64,000 nucleotides of DNA from Clostridia bacterium (GTDB taxonomy: Bacteria; Bacillota; Clostridia; Christensenellales; Aristaeellaceae), in assembly GCA_017550745.1 (NCBI GenBank), contig JAFZOG010000137.1, positions 27,291-91,290 of the forward strand, in the 5' to 3' direction. This document shows positions 55,722 to 64,000 of this stretch, piece after piece. The position numbers and the translations under genes were made by a program. The notes beneath the pieces are model-generated. The model did no database searches. It saw nothing but the letters and a program-made list of their open reading frames with translations, and was not told where the DNA came from. Every line of letters begins with the position of its first letter. Position 1 is the first letter of the stretch.

Positions 55722-56546
55722 ATGCCGCGATACGATATGCTTTTTTTTGATCTTGATGGCACGCTGCTCAGCTCCGACCACAGGACGGTTTCACCCCGTA
55801 ATCAGGAGGCGCTGCGGGCTGCGCGCGCTGCAGGGATACGGCTTGCGATCGCTACGGGGCGCTGCCTGGGGATGATCCCCCGGGAAGCCCTGGAACTGGA
55901 ACTGGATTTCGCGGTGACCAGCAATGGCGCGGCTGTATATGATCTAAAGCGGGATCAGCAGATTTTTCATTATCCTTTTCAGGCGAATGCGGCGGCAAAA
56001 GCCTGCGAGGTCATCGAACGATATTTGGATTTTTACGAGCTCTTCGTGGGCGGCAAAGTGATCCTGATCCGGGGAGAGCAGGCGGAATGCGATCTGCCGC
56101 CTTGGGGGCATTTTTATATAGAACGGCGCGGCGGTTTGCCGCCCATGACCAGTATGCGTTCCTTCGTGGCTGAAGGCGCGCCGGGACTGGAAAAAATCAA
56201 CGTGATTGAGTGCCCCCGGACCGTGCTGCCACTTATCCGGCAGGAGCTGGAAGCATTGGGAGACTTCGCTCTTTCCTCCTCCATGAGCTATGGGGGATTG
56301 GAGGTGGTGCCCATCGCTTGCAGCAAAGGCAGCGCCATCCGTTGGCTGTGCGGCGAACTGGACATTGGCATCGAACGATGCGCCGCTTTTGGGGACAGCA
56401 GCAACGACATGGACATGCTCGCCGCTGTCGGCTGCGGCGTGGCGATGGAAAACGCGCCGGAAGACCTGAAAGCCTCGGCTCGCTGCGTAGCGCCGCCCTA
56501 TGATCAGGACGGTATAGCCGAGTTTATCATGCGGCATGTAATGTAA
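55722..56546 (+). CDS. Cof-type HAD-IIB family hydrolase
   Basis: ATG 6 nt after AAGGTG. Motif I FFDLDGTLL, plus ATGR and the C-terminal GDSSNDMDML. Confidence 0.85.
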   Translation: MPRYDMLFFDLDGTLLSSDHRTVSPRNQEALRAARAAGIRLAIATGRCLGMIPREALELELDFAVTSNGAAVYDLKRDQQIFHYPFQANAAAKACEVIERYLDFYELFVGGKVILIRGEQAECDLPPWGHFYIERRGGLPPMTSMRSFVAEGAPGLEKINVIECPRTVLPLIRQELEALGDFALSSSMSYGGLEVVPIACSKGSAIRWLCGELDIGIERCAAFGDSSNDMDMLAAVGCGVAMENAPEDLKASARCVAPPYDQDGIAEFIMRHVM

Positions 56547-56758
56547 AGAACCGCTTTTGTCAAAAAGGAAACGTGCTCTTTGCATTTGACGAAACGCATA
56601 TTCGGCCCCTTCTCTTTGTGCAGTGCCGCGCAGCTGCCGCATCCTCGAACGGGGAAATGACGCTGTAAACCAGTGTCATTCCTCCGTTTTCTTCTGGATT
56701 TGTATCATTTCTTGCTTTAGACAGGGTGCGGTTCAAAGTGAGACATTTTTTCAAGCTA

Positions 56759-57700
56759 TCAATCAATACCGGCCTTGGTCATCAGTTCGCCCGCTGTCGC
56801 GATCTGTTCGCCGATCAGCTCGATGACGTCCATCCCGGTGAGCGCGCCGCCGTCTTCCTTCGTTTCCCAGCCGCCGATGATCACGTTGCTGAGGGCGGCT
56901 TCCAGGCAGGCGGCTTCCTTGCTCAGATGCAGAGAGCAGCGCAGCATTTTCCCAATGGCCAGGGCCGCGGCAAACGGGCTTACGTCCTGCTGGCCGCTGG
57001 GGAACAGGGGCCCGTAAACACCGATGGATTCATCAAACGCGAAATCGTGTATTACGTTAGGGTGGGTGCAAAGCGCGGTGCCGGCGGACAGCATGATGCT
57101 TCCGGCGTAAGGCGGACAAAGCAGCAGCCCCATTCTTTCCGGCGAGGTAATCATGCCGCGGATCGCTTCAGGCGCGGTCAGGCTGTCGGCAGAAACCTGG
57201 GGGAAAGCCGTTTCCTGCACCCGGATGGCGGCAGTCCATTCGGCCTGGCTTTTTCCTGTGGGCGCGGCGTGGCAAAGGCGCACGTCCATTTCCTGGGCCA
57301 GGCTGAACGAGGAACGGATGGCCTGGCGCAGCGTTTCTTCGTCCAGGGAAAATACAGAGCCGACATACAGGCTCACCGGCTTTTCATGCCGTCCGCAAAG
57401 CACCTCCGGCACGCAGAAGGAGCGGATGAGCATGGGAAGGTTCATCGCGTCGTAAAGCGCCTGAACGCCCTCTGCGTTGGCGTCGCAGACAAAGATGGCC
57501 TGGCAGTCCTGGCAGGCAGCGACGGCCTTATCTGTCAGGGCTTCCCCGAAAGCGGCCTTTGATTTTTTCCCGATTTTCTCCTGACGCATGGAAAAGGTGT
57601 GATCAAAGGCAGCGGACAGGTCGGCCAGGATTCTTTCGGCATAAGCAGCGTTGATTTCATCCTGCGGCGAGGAGGACAGCAGCATGATTTTTGCGCGCAC
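56759..57700 (-). CDS. divergent isocitrate/isopropylmalate dehydrogenase-fold protein (catalytic motifs not conserved)
   Basis: The C-terminal …FAAALAIGKMLRCSLHLSKEAACLEAALSNVI…GWETKE parallels the LeuB/Icd end …ILSAAMMLRYSL..EEA..IE.AV. The GDGIGPE, GDILSD and HGSAPD equivalents are absent. Confidence 0.4.
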   Translation of the reverse strand: MRAKIMLLSSSPQDEINAAYAERILADLSAAFDHTFSMRQEKIGKKSKAAFGEALTDKAVAACQDCQAIFVCDANAEGVQALYDAMNLPMLIRSFCVPEVLCGRHEKPVSLYVGSVFSLDEETLRQAIRSSFSLAQEMDVRLCHAAPTGKSQAEWTAAIRVQETAFPQVSADSLTAPEAIRGMITSPERMGLLLCPPYAGSIMLSAGTALCTHPNVIHDFAFDESIGVYGPLFPSGQQDVSPFAAALAIGKMLRCSLHLSKEAACLEAALSNVIIGGWETKEDGGALTGMDVIELIGEQIATAGELMTKAGID

Positions 57701-57736
57701 AGTGCATCATCCTTTGTTCTTCGTGATCTTCAGGCG

Positions 57737-59495
<1,759 letters not shown>

Positions 59496-59520
59496 AGGTT
59501 CCTCCTAATACAGCAGCAAA

Positions 59521-60705
59521 TCAGAGGGATTGAATGAACTGTTCCATCCGCTTGAACGCTTCCAGCATCCGGGTCATATCCGTGGCGTAGCAGCAGCGGA
59601 TATGTCCCGCGCCGCCCTGGCCGAAGGCGTCCCCCGGCACGCAGACCACCCGGTGTTCCTTGAGCAGGCGGGTGCAGAATTCTTCGCTGGAAAGGCCGGT
59701 GCTTTTAATGGACGGGAAGCAGTAAAAAGCGCCCCGGGGTTCAAAACAGGAAAGGCCCATTTTGCGGAAAGCATCCAGCATCACCCGGCGGCGGCGGTCG
59801 TAGCTGCGCCGCATGGTCACCACGTCCTCATAGCCTGTTTCCCGGTTCTTTTTCAGCGCCTGCATTCCGGCCACCTGCGCCTGGCGCGGAGCGCACATGA
59901 TGGCGTACTGGTGGATTTTATTCATCTCGTATAGTATTTCCTTCGGCGCGCAGGCGTAGCCAAGGCGCCAGCCGGTCATGGCGAACGCCTTGGAAAAGCC
60001 GTTGATCAGCACCGTGCGCTCCAGCATGCCGGGCAGAGCGGAGAAAGCGGTTTTCTGTTCGTTCTCATCCCCGGCGTAGGTCAGCTCCGCGTAGATTTCA
60101 TCACTGATCACCAATAGGTCATGCTTCTTCGCAACCTCGGCGATCTCCTGCATCTGGGCTTTGTTCATGACCGCCCCGGTGGGATTGTTGGGATAAGGGA
60201 AAATCAGCGCGCGGGTCCTGCCGGTGACGGCTTTTTCGATCCCCTCGGCCGTGATGCGGAATTCGTCCTCCGCCTTCGTAGCCACAGGCACCGGCACGCC
60301 GCCGGCAAAAGTAACGCAGGGGGCGTAGCTCACATAGCCGGGATCGGGCAGGATCACCTCGTCGCCGGGACGCAGGCACACGCGCAGCGCCAGGTCGATG
60401 GCTTCGCTGGCCCCGACCGTGACCATGATTTCCTGTTCCGGATCATAGGATACCTGAAAGCGGCCGGAAAGATACTGGGAGATTTCTTTTCGCAGAGACA
60501 GCAGGCCGCGGTTCGGCGTGTACTGCGTCTCTCCGTCCAGGATGCTGTCAATGGCGGCGGAACGGATGTGGTAGGGCGTCACGAAATCCGGCTCGCCAAC
60601 GCCCAGAGAGATGGCGTCCTTCATCGTGCCCGCCACATCGAAGAACCGCCGGATGCCGCTGGGCGGCACCTGGGCCACTGCGGGATTCACAAAGCGATTG
60701 CTCAC
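59521..60705 (-). CDS. PLP-dependent aminotransferase, class I/II
   Basis: PLP-lysine context NGFSKAFAMTGWRLGY and PNNPTG. Confidence 0.85.
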   Translation of the reverse strand: MSNRFVNPAVAQVPPSGIRRFFDVAGTMKDAISLGVGEPDFVTPYHIRSAAIDSILDGETQYTPNRGLLSLRKEISQYLSGRFQVSYDPEQEIMVTVGASEAIDLALRVCLRPGDEVILPDPGYVSYAPCVTFAGGVPVPVATKAEDEFRITAEGIEKAVTGRTRALIFPYPNNPTGAVMNKAQMQEIAEVAKKHDLLVISDEIYAELTYAGDENEQKTAFSALPGMLERTVLINGFSKAFAMTGWRLGYACAPKEILYEMNKIHQYAIMCAPRQAQVAGMQALKKNRETGYEDVVTMRRSYDRRRRVMLDAFRKMGLSCFEPRGAFYCFPSIKSTGLSSEEFCTRLLKEHRVVCVPGDAFGQGGAGHIRCCYATDMTRMLEAFKRMEQFIQSL

Positions 60706-61193
60706 GGGGAAACCACCATCCGTTTATCCGTCGTTTCACCCACGAAAATCACGCCGTCCTGCTTATAGCGCTTTAGCACGAAGCTGGTGGACGTGCCGGT
60801 GACGGATTCCAGCGGGCTCAGCTTTTCGGACACGAACAGCGCCAACTCCTTGAGCGTCCTGGCTTCCACCAGTACCAGCAGGTCGTAGCTGCCGCTCATG
60901 AGATAAACGCTCTTCACCTCGTCGAACCGGTAGATCCGGCCGGCGATGGCGTCAAAGCCCATATCCCGCTGGGGGGTCACCTTGACTTCGATCATGGCTT
61001 CCACCCGCTCCCGGTCAGTACGGTCCCAGTTGATGATGGGGGAATACTGTAAAATCACCCGGTCGCGCTCCAGTTCTTCTACGGCGTCCGCTACCTGCTT
61101 TAAATCGCTTCCCGTCATCACCGCGATGCGTTCCAACGGCGTGCGGCAATCCTCAGACATGATTTCCAAAATCTGCTCTTTTAAGCTCTGCAT
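60702..61193 (-). CDS. Lrp/AsnC family transcriptional regulator
   Basis: N-terminal HTH (ILEIMSEDCRTPLERIAVMTGSDLKQVADAVEELE) and a C-terminal RAM-like domain. It overlaps the aminotransferase start by 4 nt. Confidence 0.8.
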   Translation of the reverse strand: MQSLKEQILEIMSEDCRTPLERIAVMTGSDLKQVADAVEELERDRVILQYSPIINWDRTDRERVEAMIEVKVTPQRDMGFDAIAGRIYRFDEVKSVYLMSGSYDLLVLVEARTLKELALFVSEKLSPLESVTGTSTSFVLKRYKQDGVIFVGETTDKRMVVSP

Positions 61194-61208
61194 GCTCTTG
61201 CTCCTTTT

Positions 61209-62975
61209 TTACATCAGCTCATCCGCCAGCTTGATAAATTCTTCGATTTCCTTCACATACACGTTCAGGGATTCCCGCCAGAAATCCACGCTGCGCACGT
61301 CGATGCCCACGCTGGCCGCAACGTCGGCGACCATCCCGGAGCCGCAGGCGCGCAGCAGCTTGCAATACTTCGGTACGAAAGAAGGGCCTTCCTGTTTGTA
61401 CTGGGCGAAAACCCCTGCGCCGAACAGCTGGCCGAAAGCGTAAGGGAAATTGTAGAAAGCCAGGCCGGGGTAATAATAATGGCATTTGCAGGCCCACATA
61501 TAGGGGTGCCGCGCGTCGGGATCGAGGCCGTCGCCGTAGCTCTGCTCCTGGGCGTCCAGCATGATCTCCTTCAGCTCGTTCACCGACAGGGTGTGATCCT
61601 TGCGGCGTTCGATCACTTCGGATTCAAAGATGTAACGGCTCAGGATGTCCACGATCGTCTGGGTGGTTTCCATCAGATTGCCTTCCAGCAGGGAAAAGCG
61701 TTCTTCCTTTGTTCCCTGTTCCATCGCGGCGTTGGCCAGCAGGGTTTCGTTGAAGATGGACGCCGTTTCCGCCAGGGGCATGGGGGTATAGGTCATGCAG
61801 TCGGGCAGGCCCGCCATACAGCGGTTATGCCAGGCGTGGCCCAGTTCATGCGCCAGGGTGCTCACGTCGGAAAAGGAACCGGTGAAATTGGTCAGCACGC
61901 GGCTCTGATCCAGCGCGTGCAGATCGGCGCAAAACGCCCCGCCGCCCTTTCCGTCCCGGGGATACACGTCGATCCAGCGGTTTTCAAAGGCATGGTCGAT
62001 GAACGCGGCCATGTCGGGGGTGAACTTTCCCATTTCGAAGAGCAGCTTTTCTCGGGCTTCCTCAATGGTATAGGTTTTGGGCGTAAATCCCTTGGGCGTG
62101 ATGGGGGCGAACAGATCGTAGAAGGGCAGGCCGTTTTTGTGGCCCAAAATCTCGCCCTTTTTGCGCAGGTACCTGCGGAACGCGGGAAGCGCTTCCCGCA
62201 TGGCGGTGAGCATGGCGTCCAGGGTAGCGCGGTCCATGTTGGAATTGAACAGGGTCTGGTCCAGAACGGAATCAAAATGCTCCGCTTCGATCCTGGTCAG
62301 GGCTTCGCCCTTCACGCCGTTCAGGCACGCTGCCATGGGGATTTCCATTTTGGCGTAGGATGCGATTTCCGCTTCATAGGCGTCCTTGCGCACCTGGGGA
62401 TCGGGATCATACGCCTTGCCCCGGATAGCAGCCAGAGGCAGGGTTTCGCCGCGATAGGCCACCATATGGGTGGCGTCCAGCTTGTCCCGCAGGTTGGAGA
62501 AGGCGGTGCCGCCGGACAGCGACATTTTCAGCAGCCATTCTTCAATCGCCGGATCCGGCAGGTGGGCGGCGCTGTCTTTGCTGCGGCGCAGGAAAAAGTC
62601 CACCTTTTGCAGTTTTTCGCTTTCGGCGATCAGTTTTTCCAAATCCTCCACGCCGCCGATGTAGCGCATCAGCTGGGAACTGAGCAACTCCAATTGAACG
62701 GAGAACATTTCCAGCTTGTCCATCAGCTGCTGCGCTTGTTCGTTTTGGGCTTCGGTGGCGAGGGTAAGCCCGGCAAATTCTGACAGGCTGCCCATCAGGC
62801 TGTTAATCTCCTCGCTTTTTTCGATGCTGGTTTCCAGCATGGTCCTTGTGTCCATTTCCTTTTGGAACAGTTCCTTCGCTTCCGCGCAGAGCGCTTTCAG
62901 CCTGTCAAAATCCCGCTCGATCTTAGGGTCGTTAAAGTCCTTGTATAATACTGTCAAATCCCAAGTCCAGTCCAT
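61209..62975 (-). CDS. pepF: M3-family oligoendopeptidase F
   Basis: Zinc motif HELGHAWH, with length and pattern typical of PepF. Confidence 0.85.
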   Translation of the reverse strand: MDWTWDLTVLYKDFNDPKIERDFDRLKALCAEAKELFQKEMDTRTMLETSIEKSEEINSLMGSLSEFAGLTLATEAQNEQAQQLMDKLEMFSVQLELLSSQLMRYIGGVEDLEKLIAESEKLQKVDFFLRRSKDSAAHLPDPAIEEWLLKMSLSGGTAFSNLRDKLDATHMVAYRGETLPLAAIRGKAYDPDPQVRKDAYEAEIASYAKMEIPMAACLNGVKGEALTRIEAEHFDSVLDQTLFNSNMDRATLDAMLTAMREALPAFRRYLRKKGEILGHKNGLPFYDLFAPITPKGFTPKTYTIEEAREKLLFEMGKFTPDMAAFIDHAFENRWIDVYPRDGKGGGAFCADLHALDQSRVLTNFTGSFSDVSTLAHELGHAWHNRCMAGLPDCMTYTPMPLAETASIFNETLLANAAMEQGTKEERFSLLEGNLMETTQTIVDILSRYIFESEVIERRKDHTLSVNELKEIMLDAQEQSYGDGLDPDARHPYMWACKCHYYYPGLAFYNFPYAFGQLFGAGVFAQYKQEGPSFVPKYCKLLRACGSGMVADVAASVGIDVRSVDFWRESLNVYVKEIEEFIKLADELM

Positions 62976-62989
62976 GTTGGGCCTCCTTT

Positions 62990-63682
62990 TTATTCATGAA
63001 TGTCAAGCAGTTTGTTTGCCCGCACCGCGTTCAGGCAGGTTTCCTTGCTTTCTTCGAAGTGGTGATGGAACAGCACCTTCAGCGCTTCCAGGTCGCGACC
63101 TTCCAGGAGATCGACCATTTCATGGTGCTCCTGATGGGCGTTGGTGCGCCGCACGACAGAGGCGATGGTGGTGGCCTGGAAGCGCTTGATATACTCCTCC
63201 TGGCTGTCGATCACCCGCAGGATACGGATTTTGTCGGAGATGTGCTCCATTGTGCCGTGGAACTGGCGGTTGCTGACAGCCAGGGCATCGGCGTCCGCCC
63301 GATCGTATTCCTCGTCCATCTGTTTGAGGATGTCCCGCAGCTCGTGAATCTTATTCTCTGTCACGTTCTCGACGATGGAGGGCAGGATCAGCATCATCAT
63401 GGCGTTGCGAATCGTAAAAATCTCATCGATATCCTCGATGGTAAATGCCCGCACCACCACTCCGCGGTGCAGCACATATTCCACCAGGCCGTCGCGTTCC
63501 AGGCGGCGCAGGGCTTCACGAAGCGGCGTGCGGCTGATGTGCAGCTGCTCCGCGTAGATCGTTTCCACGATGCGGGAACCGGCGGGTATCTGCCCGGTAA
63601 TGATCGCATGCTTTAACTGTTCATATGCGATATCCCGTATGGGGCGGCTTTCCAGGCTGGTGTCAAAAGACTGAAAAGACAC
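62990..63682 (-). CDS. GntR family (FadR/FCD subfamily) transcriptional regulator
   Basis: GTG start 7 nt after AAGGAGG. HTH AEQLHISRTPLREALRRLERDGLV followed by an FCD-type helical domain. Confidence 0.85.
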   Translation of the reverse strand: MSFQSFDTSLESRPIRDIAYEQLKHAIITGQIPAGSRIVETIYAEQLHISRTPLREALRRLERDGLVEYVLHRGVVVRAFTIEDIDEIFTIRNAMMMLILPSIVENVTENKIHELRDILKQMDEEYDRADADALAVSNRQFHGTMEHISDKIRILRVIDSQEEYIKRFQATTIASVVRRTNAHQEHHEMVDLLEGRDLEALKVLFHHHFEESKETCLNAVRANKLLDIHE

Positions 63683-63705
63683 AAGAATTCCTCCTTGGAC
63701 TCAAA

Positions 63706-63715
63706 TTGTATACAA
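63706..63715. promoter_or_regulatory. GntR-type operator palindrome TTGTATACAA
   Basis: Perfect 10-bp palindrome in the gntR leader, fitting the T.GT..AC.A logic. Two further ATTGTAT half-sites lie in the promoter spacer. Confidence 0.55.
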
Positions 63716-63720
63716 ACATA

Positions 63721-63749
63721 ATAATACAATTTTTATACAATCGTGTCAA
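63721..63749 (-). promoter_or_regulatory. sigma-70 promoter TTGACA-N17-TATTAT for the gntR-pepF string
   Basis: The reverse complement reads CTTGACACGATTGTATAAAAATTGTATTATTATG. Confidence 0.65.
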
Positions 63750-63861
63750 GACTTGCGGTTTACTTTCCTGGTAAATTTCCATTTTTTGATGATATTTGAA
63801 GGATTTATCCGGAAAAAGAAAGAATGAATGATCGATTGCTTACGAAAGGAGAAGCGCCGGT

Positions 63862-64000
63862 ATGGGACTGGGTCAGATGCGGATCCTGAAAAGACTGAAG
63901 GAAAGCGCTGCGGAGCTGCTCTTTCCCCGGGCAGCCTGCTGCCTGTGCTGCGGCGATCCCAGGCGGGCTGACGCGGAGGACTGCCTTTGCGAAGCCTGCC
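63862..64000 (+). CDS. comFC: ComF family protein (ComFC), N-terminal part; continues beyond window
   Basis: AAAGGAG RBS. MGLGQMRILKRLKESAAELLFPRAACCLCCGD…CLCEAC is the typical LLFP..C..C zinc-finger start of ComFC. Confidence 0.6.
   Translation, partial: MGLGQMRILKRLKESAAELLFPRAACCLCCGDPRRADAEDCLCEAC

Noticed and set aside
61479-62783. 434-aa plus-strand ORF
   Set aside because: It is antisense to pepF (HELGH zinc motif). The composition is not protein-like.

Overview
High-GC (by eye, not computed) chromosomal window of a Bacillota/Clostridia-type anaerobe, about 65 genes. The left half (1-31 kb) is accessory. It holds a glycoside-utilisation block (TIM-barrel isomerase, GH78 rhamnosidase, GH43 with a discoidin module, GH1). 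Next comes an AT-rich junction with a 5'-truncated MerR remnant and a promoter-heptamer repeat-terminator unit, then a large GT2-GT4 glycosyltransferase, a GH30 enzyme and a PTS-EIIC::EAL fusion protein. A truncated tRNA-Cys pseudogene follows, then small acetyltransferase/flavoprotein genes with a TetR regulator whose consensus promoter carries a long palindromic operator. After that lies a decayed zone: an excisionase-like HTH gene, two methyltransferase/ATC-hydrolase-like modules (one degraded) and a possible gene remnant. The rest of the left half holds DUF3793, a 794-aa secreted ZinT-like/GLUG protein, an internally deleted ABC exporter, a LysR regulator, a Na+/solute symporter, a secreted GH3 and two tandem G3E (CobW/COG0523-like) GTPases, one carrying a ~70-residue His/Asp/Glu tract. 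A six-tRNA cluster on the minus strand (Val-Asp-Phe-Gly-Cys, terminator, Thr) separates this from a typical Firmicutes core operon: yicC-remA-gmk-rpoZ-coaBC-priA-def-fmt-[AT-rich DUF4375 insert]-rsmB-rlmN-stp-prkC-rsgA-rpe-rsmA. The right quarter holds a DHH phosphoesterase, an exported FMN-bind/flavocytochrome-type reductase, an esterase, Nudix, rhodanese, two Gfo/Idh/MocA oxidoreductases, a PepE-like protein, a TIGR04076-like protein and a HAD hydrolase. It ends with a minus-strand string gntR-pepF-lrp-aminotransferase-capA-pyrR-IDH-like pseudoenzyme and the start of comFC. I saw no CRISPR array, transposase, integrase, phage genes or recognisable defence system. The points most worth follow-up are the G3E pair, the EIIC::EAL fusion, the secreted ZinT-like/GLUG protein, the DUF4375 insertion in the def-fmt-rsmB operon, the tRNA-Cys relic with its decayed neighbourhood, and the small promoter-(AGGAAGC)4-terminator unit. 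All family assignments rest on motif recognition by eye; no searches were run.
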